Assembly (NCBI GenBank): GCA_963768055.1
Contig: CAVYGN010000002.1
Span: forward strand, 96,001 to 160,000
Reading direction: 5' to 3'
Length of the DNA stretch: 64,000 bases
Source: an uncultured Spirochaetota bacterium
GTDB taxonomy: Bacteria; Spirochaetota; Brevinematia; Brevinematales; JAOACQ01
In this document: one piece after another, positions 9,622-19,907 of the stretch
Layout of the letters: each line of letters starts with the position of its first letter
Position numbering within the stretch: the first letter of the stretch is position 1
Translations under genes and position numbers: made by a program
The notes under the pieces: generated by a model
What the model saw: the letters and a program-made list of their open reading frames with translations, nothing else
What the model was told of the DNA's origin: nothing
Databases searched by the model: none

Positions 9622-12600
9622 TTAAGACTTGTAATCGACACACAATATGGCCCTGTCGTCATGCAAAGGCGCGCCGCCGCTGAATTCGTTTACATCCAAG
9701 AGGACACACTCGATATATTCCGCGGGAGTCTTTTCCGCACACTTAACTGTCATTTCAAGAAGCCTTTTTGTATCGTAAAGATCGCCATCTTTATTCATTG
9801 TTTCCACTATCCCGTCTGTGAACATCACCAGCCTGTCGCCCTTTTCAAGAAATACTTCACCGCACTTATATGTCGAATTCATTGTCAATCCGATATATCC
9901 GCTTCCTGTTTGAAGCCTCTCGATTTTACCCGTTTTCCTCCTGTAAAGTATGGCCGGCTGGTGAGCGGCGTTAGTAAACTCAAATCTTCCCGTGCCGACA
10001 TCCAGTATCCCGAAGAATACTGTGAGGTCATGCTCGCTCATCTCTCCAACAAATAAACAGATATCCTTATTGACGCTGTAGCAAACTTCGGCGGTCGTTT
10101 TGCCAGTAAGGGCGTCAGTGTTAAAGCTCGCTTTAGCCATTGCCGTCATCAGGGACGCCGACACTCCATGCCCGGATACGTCGGCCATCAGGAAACCGTA
10201 ACGGTTATCGTCGATCTTTATTATATCGTAAAGATCGCCCCCAAGGTCCTCCATCGCTAAGTATTTTCCCGATATATTCAGGTCGGCGCACTGCCTGAGG
10301 GCTTCCTCCTTAGGCAGGAAGCTTGCCTGGACCTTCTGTGCAATCTTCAGTTCGTCGAGCATGGCCTGGTTTTTAGCCGCCAGTTCTTTTGTCCTTTCGG
10401 CAACTTTGACCTCCAGGTTCCTGCTGTAATCCTCGAGCCGGCCGTAAAGCCCGGCGTTCTCAATGGAAATAGCGGCCTGCGAAGACAGTGTGGAAAGAAG
10501 CTCGATCCGCCTTTCAGGGAACGCATTCGTAATTAGATTGTTCTCTATATAGAGGATGGCCACAAGCCGTCCCTGATTTATTATAGCCGTGCAGAGAATG
10601 GATTTGGGCTTATAAGCTTTTATATATTCGTCTCCAGCCCATCTGCCGTCCGATGCGGCATCGTCGATTACGACGCTCTCCCTGCTATTGGAAACATATC
10701 TTACAATAGAAACACATATCTTATCTTCTTTTTCAATTGGTATGTTCTTCAATATATCAGGTTCGTTAACTGTCAATATTTCCGCTTTTGCCTGGATAAA
10801 AAGCTTCCCCCCTGAATCGGGCATTATCAAAAATCCTTTCTGGGCCCCCGCGTTCTCCATCAATATTTTTATTGTCTTGCTGAGCAGAGCTTCAAGGTTC
10901 ATCTCGCCGGCCATAATATTGGAAGACTTTAGAACTGTACTGATATCTAAGGTGCTGCCTCTAGTCGAACTGGAACCTGGTCTTTTACTGGTTGTCGATT
11001 CCGATATGGTCCCGGAATCGAGCCCGGCTTCTTTAACAATGTCGTAATCACTTTCAATGGACGTGATAATGGCAGGGTTCTTTATTCGTAAATCCTGCAA
11101 TTTACCTTTGGCTCCCCAGCTCTGGTAGGTAAGATATGCTTCTTTTAGGTAAAATTCAGAGATCTTCTCCAATCCTATCGATTGATAGAAGAGGCCGGTG
11201 TGTTCCAGAATCATTGCTTTTTCATGGGCAAAGCCGTTCTTTCCCGCTTCTTCCGCCGCCCTTTCGTAGAGCCTCATCGCTTCCTCGTTCTTCCCGAACC
11301 TCGCGATAAGTTCCGCTTCAATGAAAAGCTGCTTGTGCAGGCAGTTTTCTGGGCAGAGCATTGCCCATAAAGTCATCTTTTTCAGGATCGAATCAATCGT
11401 TTTTAAATTTTTCTTCCATAAGTTTTTATTTGCATCAGGATAATTGCCAAGAAGTGACAGGGCGTAGAAATAATAAGAATCTCTATAAAGGCTATTACCC
11501 ATAATGCCTTTAAGGGGCTTTTTTACCTCCAGCGCATAATTTAAAGAGCCTTCGTAATCGTTATACAAATAATGTATAAATTGCTTGAATACCAGGTAAA
11601 AAGCGTACGGATTCATATTCTTGACTTTCTTCCAATAGTCTATGATTGCCTTTTCATCGCAAGAAGGCCCTGAAAAAGAGTATTTGTCATCCTTTGCACC
11701 TGTAAGATTAAGGGCTAAATTCTGCCATAATTTTATTTCTTCAGCTATACGAGGCTGCTTCAATTTTGTGGACTGAATATCGAATAATTTCGCTTTTTCA
11801 CATATTGATTCCAGGTTTTCGCTTAATAAAATAGAAGTCATAAGATTAACATCAATGCTATAGGCAGCGTATTCAAGGTCACCCGTCTCCATACTCAATT
11901 TGTAACTTTCTTCAAATAAAGCAATAGTTTCGCGGAGCGGTTTAACCCAGTGGTACAATAGAAAACCTAGAGCAAAAGTAACTTTACTTTGTACAACTTT
12001 CGTATTTATTTTATTTTTAAACATATATGCAATTTCACCAAGCTGATAACCGCGTTTATAGTTTCCCAGTACCGATGAAACAATATATCCATAAGCCGAA
12101 TAGGCATAAGCGGAATACATGGAGTTTCCATTCCTTAGGGAAAAATTCAGCAATTTTAGTACAATTATTGGTAAATAATCAGCATCGAACATAAAAACCG
12201 GAGAAAGTATTTGTATGAAAAGCTGCGCTATGGCTATTTTTTTAGGCTCATCAAGTATGGGCAAGTTCATCAGAGCCTCGATACCCTTTTTCTTCGTCAG
12301 CTTCTTAACAAGGCTGTTGGCTTTCAGTAATTCATTAATTATATAAATAGGGTTCGCTTTCCCCGGCAATTTCATTCCAAGAAGAGACAAAGCCTTTTTA
12401 CCCTGCTTGATCGCCAATTCCATTTTATTATACGACGTATTCAAAGGTATTTGGATACTGTAAACTTTAACCTCGTCCATTATATCTTTCGCGTTTACCA
12501 TTACTTCATTGAAATGCTTTTCGGCTTTTTCATGTTCTCCAGTAAGATAATCAGCTTCTCCGGCTTCAGTATGAAAGTCTAAGGTTAGTTTATAATATGT

Positions 12601-14895
12601 TTTCCATGAATCTTCAGGAAGAAGTGATAATCCGGCATTCAAAAAATTACTTGCCGAATCATATGCTACCGACATTTTTGCCCTTATCCCCGCTTTTAAA
12701 TTAAGTTCTGCAAGATAGATCTTTTCTTCTTGAGTATTTATAATGCCTATAGCGTAATTTAATTGTGAAGCGACCTCAAAAATCCTTTCATCGACCTGCT
12801 CAGGTTTTAAATTATTGATGAGTGTTTTACCAATCACATAATGGTTTTTTTCTCTTTCTTTCTTATCAATTAAATTGTATACCGTTTCTTTTAACCGGTC
12901 ATGCGCGAACCTTATCTTTTGACCCGAGGCGATCAGGAAACCTTCGTTTACAGCCGGTTTTAAAGCCTCGTATGTTTCTTGTTCTGTCCTGCCTAAGACA
13001 AGGGATAATATATTGATATGAAAATCCGGACCTATGCAAGAAGCTGTCCTTATGAATTTCAAAGTATTTTCAGGAAGTTTTAAAATCTGCCCTGAAATAA
13101 ATTCCGCGACATTCCCGGTAATTTCAGCGTTTTTTATTTTATCGATATCCCATTTCCAGCCATTTCTGAATACTATCATCTCCTTGTCATAAAGGGTCTT
13201 GATCAGACCGTTCACAAAAAACGGGTTACCCCTTGTTTTTAGTTCTATTACATCGGCAAGTTCTCCAGTCGTTTTCACATCACAATACAAAGTATCACTC
13301 AAAAGTTTCGATATTTCACTGGAAGTGAGTTTTGTAAGTTTTAATTCTTCCAAATTAACATTATCCTTATTAATATTATCAATAAATTTCGTTAATTTGC
13401 TTTCCTTTCCAACTTCATTGTCCCTGTAAGCGCCCAGAAAAAGGAAGTGACTGAGACTATTATCAGTTAAAACTGCAGAAAGCAGCTTAAGGCTTGCATC
13501 GTCAGCCCACTCCATCCCATCCAGAAAAAATACGAGAGTCTGCTTTTTTCCGGCAAATACTCTTATAAAATTCTGAAAAACATAGTTGAACCTGTTTTCA
13601 GCTTCCGACGGGGCAAGATCTATAACCTTAGGCTGATCGCCTATGATAACTTTAAGCTGCGGCAGTTCATGTACGATAACATCTCCATTTTCCCCGACAC
13701 CTTCCATAATTCTCTTTTTCCATCCTTTAAGCTTTTCTTCACTTTCAGATAACAGGCGCCCTATTAAACCGTTAAAAGCGTCAATAATAGCGGAAAGCGG
13801 CATTGATATTCTGGCCTGGTCGAATTTTCCCTGAATGAAAAAACCATTTTTCTCGGCCACAGCCTTGCTCATTTCATTTACAAGGCTCGATTTTCCAATG
13901 CCGGGCTCTCCAGTTACAATAACTACTTTCTTTTCACCAGCGGCAGCCTCGTTTAATATTCCCTTTAGATAATTTAATTGCTTTTCCCGGCCGTAAAGTT
14001 TTTCCGGTATAGAGAGCTTTTCAGGAAGATCGTTTTCTCCGGGTAAAAAGTCAGAAATTTTTGATTTTTCTAACAACTCTTTTAAGCATCGCTCCAGATC
14101 CGTTTTTAGACCGTAAGAGCTTTGATATCTCTCTTCCGCATTTTTTGAAAGCAGTTTCATCACAATGCCTGATAATGCCCCGGGAATTTCATGGTTTATA
14201 TCGGACGGGTTTGCCGGTGTTCTGGCAATATGCGCATGCACGATTTCCATCGGATCTTCAGCTTCGAATGGGACTTTCCCCGTCAGCATCTGGTAAAATG
14301 TCACTCCGAGCGAATAATAGTCGGTTCTGTAATCGATTGAACGGTTCATCCTTCCGGTTTGTTCCGGTGATATATATAACAGTGTGCCTTCGAGCTGGTC
14401 ACGCGTTATTATTTCCTGAACTTCCCTTGAAAGTTGCGTCGATATACCGAAATCTATGATCTTGACTTCCGAAGTCTTCCTGTTTAAAAGTATATTATGC
14501 GGCTTTATGTCCTTGTGGATGATATTCTTTTTATGTATTTCCCCCAGAGCCTCTATTATCTTCAAACCGACAGGCAGAAATTCTTTTAACGCAAACTTTC
14601 CCTGCTTTAATATTTTATCAATAGATTCACCTCCGAAATCCTCTTCAACTATTATCAGGGCATTTTCAAGCTTCACGAGTTCGTATACTCCCAGAACTCC
14701 TTCCACGCCTCCAAGGCTTTTCATTACATTATATTCATATTCGAAGTTTTTAAGTTCTTCATGATTTGGATATGAGTTCTTCAGCGTCTTCATTACGACC
14801 TGCCTTTTATTTCGCAGGTCTTCGGCCCTGTAGATTATATTTTTTCTGCCTGAATAAATTTCATCCGATATTTTGTAATCTTTGGGATTGATCAT
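9622..14895 (-). CDS. Multidomain signalling protein: Ser/Thr kinase - AAA/STAND-type ATPase - TPR-like helices - GAF - SpoIIE/PP2C phosphatase
   Basis: HKDIKPHN, IDFG and YISPEQ kinase motifs; Walker A GEPGIGKS; GAF (SILCTAI..ILYIEN); PP2C motifs GGDLYD, ADVSGHG, FTDG and DDRA. Confidence 0.92.
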   Translation of the reverse strand: MINPKDYKISDEIYSGRKNIIYRAEDLRNKRQVVMKTLKNSYPNHEELKNFEYEYNVMKSLGGVEGVLGVYELVKLENALIIVEEDFGGESIDKILKQGKFALKEFLPVGLKIIEALGEIHKKNIIHKDIKPHNILLNRKTSEVKIIDFGISTQLSREVQEIITRDQLEGTLLYISPEQTGRMNRSIDYRTDYYSLGVTFYQMLTGKVPFEAEDPMEIVHAHIARTPANPSDINHEIPGALSGIVMKLLSKNAEERYQSSYGLKTDLERCLKELLEKSKISDFLPGENDLPEKLSIPEKLYGREKQLNYLKGILNEAAAGEKKVVIVTGEPGIGKSSLVNEMSKAVAEKNGFFIQGKFDQARISMPLSAIIDAFNGLIGRLLSESEEKLKGWKKRIMEGVGENGDVIVHELPQLKVIIGDQPKVIDLAPSEAENRFNYVFQNFIRVFAGKKQTLVFFLDGMEWADDASLKLLSAVLTDNSLSHFLFLGAYRDNEVGKESKLTKFIDNINKDNVNLEELKLTKLTSSEISKLLSDTLYCDVKTTGELADVIELKTRGNPFFVNGLIKTLYDKEMIVFRNGWKWDIDKIKNAEITGNVAEFISGQILKLPENTLKFIRTASCIGPDFHINILSLVLGRTEQETYEALKPAVNEGFLIASGQKIRFAHDRLKETVYNLIDKKEREKNHYVIGKTLINNLKPEQVDERIFEVASQLNYAIGIINTQEEKIYLAELNLKAGIRAKMSVAYDSASNFLNAGLSLLPEDSWKTYYKLTLDFHTEAGEADYLTGEHEKAEKHFNEVMVNAKDIMDEVKVYSIQIPLNTSYNKMELAIKQGKKALSLLGMKLPGKANPIYIINELLKANSLVKKLTKKKGIEALMNLPILDEPKKIAIAQLFIQILSPVFMFDADYLPIIVLKLLNFSLRNGNSMYSAYAYSAYGYIVSSVLGNYKRGYQLGEIAYMFKNKINTKVVQSKVTFALGFLLYHWVKPLRETIALFEESYKLSMETGDLEYAAYSIDVNLMTSILLSENLESICEKAKLFDIQSTKLKQPRIAEEIKLWQNLALNLTGAKDDKYSFSGPSCDEKAIIDYWKKVKNMNPYAFYLVFKQFIHYLYNDYEGSLNYALEVKKPLKGIMGNSLYRDSYYFYALSLLGNYPDANKNLWKKNLKTIDSILKKMTLWAMLCPENCLHKQLFIEAELIARFGKNEEAMRLYERAAEEAGKNGFAHEKAMILEHTGLFYQSIGLEKISEFYLKEAYLTYQSWGAKGKLQDLRIKNPAIITSIESDYDIVKEAGLDSGTISESTTSKRPGSSSTRGSTLDISTVLKSSNIMAGEMNLEALLSKTIKILMENAGAQKGFLIMPDSGGKLFIQAKAEILTVNEPDILKNIPIEKEDKICVSIVRYVSNSRESVVIDDAASDGRWAGDEYIKAYKPKSILCTAIINQGRLVAILYIENNLITNAFPERRIELLSTLSSQAAISIENAGLYGRLEDYSRNLEVKVAERTKELAAKNQAMLDELKIAQKVQASFLPKEEALRQCADLNISGKYLAMEDLGGDLYDIIKIDDNRYGFLMADVSGHGVSASLMTAMAKASFNTDALTGKTTAEVCYSVNKDICLFVGEMSEHDLTVFFGILDVGTGRFEFTNAAHQPAILYRRKTGKIERLQTGSGYIGLTMNSTYKCGEVFLEKGDRLVMFTDGIVETMNKDGDLYDTKRLLEMTVKCAEKTPAEYIECVLLDVNEFSGGAPLHDDRAILCVDYKS

Positions 14896-15139
14896 AATAT
14901 CACTCCTTTAAAATTACTTAACGTAGAGACTTTTTGTAAATACAGTTATATTCAATAATTAAAATCATGATTTTATAAGATGATTTCCATATTAGAATAA
15001 AAATATATTTATGTCAATGAAAATGTACAAAATTGTACATATTGTTTAATTAATAATTCACATAAAACAAATCAGACAATTCAGGTCATTACCGATGTAC
15101 TGTAAAGAATAATAAAACAAAGAAAAACAGTTGATATTC

Positions 15140-15826
15140 CTATATATTTTTATTCCATTGATTCCCAGTCGAAGCATCGTAATCAATCCTTTTAATCATA
15201 TTAAGATTTATCTCATTTAGAGAATTTATCAAGTACTTAACTCCAGTCTTAACCATATCTTTTTTCTGATATCCCCATGTATTTGATGAAGGCATTCCAA
15301 TAAAAGGCACATTTAACGACTTTGCAGCCTCGGCTACCATATTGACGTCGTCAATGAACAATGCCTCATTATATTTAAGATTATAAATTTCAGTAGTGAT
15401 TTCTTTTATTCCCGGTCTGAAATCATTTGTACAAACGTACATCGTAAAATATTCGGTATATTGCTTCATTTCTTTACGATAATATGTTTCGGGCAATCCT
15501 CCATAGCAAATTATCAATAAATTAAGCGATTCAATTAATTTTAGCAAATAATCTAAACCTTGATTGAATCCACTTCCATTTCTATTTATAAATTCTTCCC
15601 TTTCTTTAAAATAAATCTTAATTAATTCATCCGTACTAAGATCTAATTTAAATAAATTAATCAGATATTCGGCGGCTTCTTCTCTTTTTTGTGAAAATAT
15701 ATTTCTTTCAATATCCCTGTTATAAGTTCCCCCAAATTTTTCTACCAATAACTTTATTACCGGGCTGAAAGTGTCTTTCAGCAGGACTCCGTCTATATCG
15801 AAAGCAACGAGCTTGAGTGTCTTCAT
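15140..15826 (-). CDS. HAD-superfamily phosphatase
   Basis: AFDIDG motif I, LFIDD motif IV; start ATG 15826 after AAGGA. Confidence 0.82.
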   Translation of the reverse strand: MKTLKLVAFDIDGVLLKDTFSPVIKLLVEKFGGTYNRDIERNIFSQKREEAAEYLINLFKLDLSTDELIKIYFKEREEFINRNGSGFNQGLDYLLKLIESLNLLIICYGGLPETYYRKEMKQYTEYFTMYVCTNDFRPGIKEITTEIYNLKYNEALFIDDVNMVAEAAKSLNVPFIGMPSSNTWGYQKKDMVKTGVKYLINSLNEINLNMIKRIDYDASTGNQWNKNI

Positions 15827-15845
15827 AAATATTTCCTTGTAAAAA

Positions 15846-16613
15846 TCATCTCTGAATACCTGCAAGCGCTCCCCCATCAATAGGGATTATACAGCCTGTA
15901 ATATATGAGGAAGCCTCGGAACACAAAAACATTACAACTTGAGCTACCTCTTCTGTTGAGCCTTCTCTTTGTAAAGGTATCATTTTTTTTATTATTTTTT
16001 CGGAATCCGGACCTGAAAAATACCTTTCTTCGTTGATCGGAGTTTTTATCAAACCCGGACAAATAGCATTAATTCTTATTTTATACTTAGCAAAATCCAG
16101 AGCAAGGGCTTTTGTTAGGCCTATAGCTCCATGTTTCCCTGCACAATAATCCTCGACCAGATTTGTGACTGAAATACCCCAGCCGGAGGATGTATTTATA
16201 ATTGAGCCTCCCCCATTCTTGATCATATATTCAATTTCAAATTTCATACATAACCACAAACCCTTCAAATTAATGTCTATTGAATAATCCCATTCCTTCT
16301 CTGTTCTTTCAAGGATAGTTTTCCGTGATGAAGAAACACCGGCATTATTGAATGCATAGTCAAGCCTTCCGAAATGATCAACCGTTTTCGAAATAAAATT
16401 TGCGACATCGTCAATTTTTGATACATCACATTGAATAAACAGGCAATCACCACCCGCTTTTTTAATATCATTTGAAGTTTCGGCTCCCTTTTTTAAATCA
16501 CGCCCGCAAACCGAAACTTTGGCTCCTTCCTTTGCAAATGAAAAAGCGGCTGCCCTGCCGATGCCGGATGTTCCGCCGGTTATTGCAATAACTCGATCTT
16601 TGAATCTCAACAT
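15846..16613 (-). CDS. Classical SDR oxidoreductase (FabG/glucose-dehydrogenase-like)
   Basis: TGGTSGIG, FNNAG, NTSS, YCAGK, ICPG, DGG. Confidence 0.92.
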   Translation of the reverse strand: MLRFKDRVIAITGGTSGIGRAAAFSFAKEGAKVSVCGRDLKKGAETSNDIKKAGGDCLFIQCDVSKIDDVANFISKTVDHFGRLDYAFNNAGVSSSRKTILERTEKEWDYSIDINLKGLWLCMKFEIEYMIKNGGGSIINTSSGWGISVTNLVEDYCAGKHGAIGLTKALALDFAKYKIRINAICPGLIKTPINEERYFSGPDSEKIIKKMIPLQREGSTEEVAQVVMFLCSEASSYITGCIIPIDGGALAGIQR

Positions 16614-16672
16614 AGCATATCCTTTTTGATTTTAATAAATGTATTATGTGATAATTCCATTTTGAGGGCCGA

Positions 16673-17488
16673 TTATCTTGCGCCGGGGTAGACCCTGTAA
16701 ATCTTTTTTGACCTTTTATCTGTTAAAGCTTTAAATATTATTTTAGCGGCTGCATCCGGAGACATTCTTTTATCTTTAGACTTATTTTGCTCATTTATCA
16801 TTTTATCGAGTTGTTCTGAATAAAACTCCGCTTTATCAGGCTGCAATAGTCCGAAATGCTCTTTTAATTCTTTTACAGCTTTAATTTTTGCACTTGTTTT
16901 AACGCCGCGGCATTTTATTTTGATCACGGGTATTTTCCAGGGAGCCAGTTCATCATTCAAAGTATCAACTAAACAATTCAAAACGGCGTCGCACATATAG
17001 AGGCTTGAAACGAATGGGGAAGTCTTTTTAGAATCTGTTAAAATCCAGACGATTCTTCCATTATTTTCTTTAATCATAGGAAGAAATGTCTGAATCAATC
17101 CGATTGGCCCCAAAACTCTTGTTTCGATCTCTTCCCTTAATCTTTGAAGATTCATCAATTCAACAGGCGATAAGTATGCACCGCCGGCGTTATTAATCAC
17201 TGCGAATAATCCTTCCGGACCGAGTTTATTTAATTTCTCTGAGATAAAATCATGAGCCATAGCAATATGATCCTGATTTCTAAGATCAAACGGAAAAACC
17301 GGTATAAGATTTGGATTATTATAGGATATTAACATATCTGCATCGCTTTTTTTACGGACAGCAGCAAACACGTTAAAACCGTTATCGGCGAATAACAAAG
17401 CACAACTGAGGCCGATTCCCGAAGAAGTTCCTGTTATCAGAATACTTTTTCTTGGAAATGCCGCCTTTAATGAATTATCCCGTTTCAA
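16673..17488 (-). CDS. SDR-family protein, paralog of 3149..3994, atypical catalytic site
   Basis: TGTSSGIG, INNAGG; SLYMCD in place of YxxxK; TTG start. Confidence 0.8.
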   Translation of the reverse strand: MKRDNSLKAAFPRKSILITGTSSGIGLSCALLFADNGFNVFAAVRKKSDADMLISYNNPNLIPVFPFDLRNQDHIAMAHDFISEKLNKLGPEGLFAVINNAGGAYLSPVELMNLQRLREEIETRVLGPIGLIQTFLPMIKENNGRIVWILTDSKKTSPFVSSLYMCDAVLNCLVDTLNDELAPWKIPVIKIKCRGVKTSAKIKAVKELKEHFGLLQPDKAEFYSEQLDKMINEQNKSKDKRMSPDAAAKIIFKALTDKRSKKIYRVYPGAR

Positions 17489-17660
17489 TATTTATTTCCT
17501 TTAATTAATTCGGTAAATAAAATCGACAGAAGATGCAATAATATTTAAATTATGACTTAATAAAATAAATATTACAAAAATCATAGATTTGTGTTTTAAA
17601 ACTTATGCGAGGTGGGAGAAAACAGAGAGGCGATTTTTGATCATGATAATTTCGATAACC

Positions 17661-17688
17661 TTGACAGGATTATACTCTACTTTATAAT
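17661..17688 (+). promoter_or_regulatory. Consensus sigma70 promoter for the acyltransferase-HAD-acyltransferase operon
   Basis: TTGACA (17661-17666), 16 nt, TATAAT (17683-17688). Confidence 0.6.
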
Positions 17689-17851
17689 AGTATATATTAT
17701 TATTAAACTAATTTAGCTTTTTAAATAGAAAGTAATTGGATTTCAAAAGATCAAGTTTCCGGATATAAAAACAGCTATTATCTACCCTATTTTTATTAGA
17801 GGAATAAATTAAAATCAATCTCCAGCAATATTTTATCAATCGAGGAATATT

Positions 17852-19165
17852 ATGAAAAGGCCTTTGTCTTCTATGGAAAATATACTTTATTTAAGGAATA
17901 AAATAACTCCCTATAATTGTTTTGTAAGCATACATATCAAAGGTACTCTTTCCACTGATGTATTCGAACAAGCTCTTGAAATGACAAAAAAAAGGCACCA
18001 ATATTTATTTTATTACATTCTTGAAAACAATAATGTAGCCGAGTTTTTTTATGATGCCAAAGCAAGCATTCCGGTGAGAGAAGTTTATAATGCTGAAGAA
18101 AATAATTGGGTTGATGAATGCAATGCCGAATTAAATATACCTTTTGATTTGGCTAAGGCTCCATTAGCAAGAGCTGTTATTCTAAGGAAAAAAGATGGAG
18201 CCGATATAATTATTATTTTTTCTCACATAATCTGCGACGCCGTTTCTATGGTCTATTTTGCATATGATCTGCTGAAGGTAATAGATCATTTATATGAAAA
18301 CCAGAGTATTGATTTTCTCGATGAATTACCGGATATTTATCCGGAGGTGAAATATTTACCCGATATATCAAAACAATTACATTCATACGAGAAAATTGAA
18401 AAGACTATAGCATACAATAATATAAGTGATAATAATTACCCCATTGAAAAGCGCTCTACTAATATCATTACCTGCTGGCTGAATGAAACGCAAACCGAAT
18501 ATATTATTAGTCAATGTAAAAAAAGAAATATAACCGAAAATTCTCTAATTGCTGCCGCTTTAATAATAAATATGAAAAATTATATTTTCAATAAATATCA
18601 AATAAATAATAATTTTATGATAAAAACAGGCTCATCATTAAATGTAAGAAAATATTATTTATGTGATATTAATAATTCGCAATTCGGATGCTGGGATAGA
18701 AACGGATTTATTGATTTTAAAGTTGAGGAAATAACAAATCTTTGGGATTGTGCCTTGATATATGATGATCGTTTAAAGGAATTGATTGAAAAAGGCAAGC
18801 CATTTTCAATACAAAAAGAAAGAGTAAATGATTATTCAAATTATTCAATGTCTGATATTATAAAAAAAAATGAAAATTCAACTCCTTTTGTCGGATTAAT
18901 TAATCTTGGAAAATTTGAATTGAATGAATATTTCAATGGAAAGATAAAATTGGAAAAATTAAGTGTCGGAGGGCCGTTACATCTATATTGCAAAAACGAT
19001 TTGGGGTTTGGAATAGTTGATATAACTTATGATAATCGATTAAATTTAATATTTTATTATGTGAAGCCTACACGCACTCAAATTGAAGCGAAAATATTCG
19101 CCATGGATTTTTTAAAATTGATATTCGAAAACAATCAAGATTTACTAAAAGAAATTAATCTTTAA
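17852..19165 (+). CDS. Stand-alone condensation-domain / PapA5-like CoA-dependent acyltransferase
   Basis: RPLS..E start, KRH.YL, ELNIPFDL..APLAR, FSHIICDAVS (HxxxD), INLGK. Confidence 0.78.
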   Translation: MKRPLSSMENILYLRNKITPYNCFVSIHIKGTLSTDVFEQALEMTKKRHQYLFYYILENNNVAEFFYDAKASIPVREVYNAEENNWVDECNAELNIPFDLAKAPLARAVILRKKDGADIIIIFSHIICDAVSMVYFAYDLLKVIDHLYENQSIDFLDELPDIYPEVKYLPDISKQLHSYEKIEKTIAYNNISDNNYPIEKRSTNIITCWLNETQTEYIISQCKKRNITENSLIAAALIINMKNYIFNKYQINNNFMIKTGSSLNVRKYYLCDINNSQFGCWDRNGFIDFKVEEITNLWDCALIYDDRLKELIEKGKPFSIQKERVNDYSNYSMSDIIKKNENSTPFVGLINLGKFELNEYFNGKIKLEKLSVGGPLHLYCKNDLGFGIVDITYDNRLNLIFYYVKPTRTQIEAKIFAMDFLKLIFENNQDLLKEINL

Positions 19166-19197
19166 TAAAAAAATAATTTATATGGAAAATTATCGTT

Positions 19198-19848
19198 ATG
19201 GAAGGATTTTTAATTGATTTTGATGGAGTCATTCTAAAAAATTTCCCTGATCTGGTTTCTAAATTTATTTATAATTATATAAATAAGTTAACACCTATAA
19301 ATTATGAAACAATAATATCGTTTGTACGCCTTTTCATAAGTTTTCCGACTAAGGATTTTTTTACATTTCTTTTTAATTCATTGGGAATAGAAGAACACTT
19401 TGAAGATTTTATAAATAAAGTTTCTAATTTGGAAGATAACGGTGAAATAAAATTCGAAATCGATGATTATTTCAATACTTTCATAGATAAATGTAATAAC
19501 AACCAAATAAATTTTAAAATATTCTCTATGGCTGATACTAGGAGAATTTTAAAAACAATTCATAATATTAAACTGGAAGATATTTATTCTTTATGTGAAA
19601 ATTCCAAATCAAATACAAGGACATTTTCTCATCTACAAAAAGAATTAAAAATTGATTTAAATAAATGGGTTTTAATTGATGACGATCCTTTTTCATTGAG
19701 ATCAGGCAAATTAAATGGAATGTTTACGATTATGATGCAAAATAATGTTTTTGGCGAATCAGAATATTATTTATATAAAGATTATATCGATGTTAAAGTT
19801 AATTCTTTTAAAGAAGTTATTGATTATTATTTTAAAGGCTTTCGATGA
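19198..19848 (+). CDS. HAD-superfamily hydrolase
   Basis: LIDFDG motif I; LIDDD...GKLNGM motif IV. Confidence 0.72.
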   Translation: MEGFLIDFDGVILKNFPDLVSKFIYNYINKLTPINYETIISFVRLFISFPTKDFFTFLFNSLGIEEHFEDFINKVSNLEDNGEIKFEIDDYFNTFIDKCNNNQINFKIFSMADTRRILKTIHNIKLEDIYSLCENSKSNTRTFSHLQKELKIDLNKWVLIDDDPFSLRSGKLNGMFTIMMQNNVFGESEYYLYKDYIDVKVNSFKEVIDYYFKGFR

Positions 19849-19907
19849 ATATTAATGCCTGTATAATCAAATTAAGGCATGTGGCAAAATAATAATTGGA
19901 GAACAAT

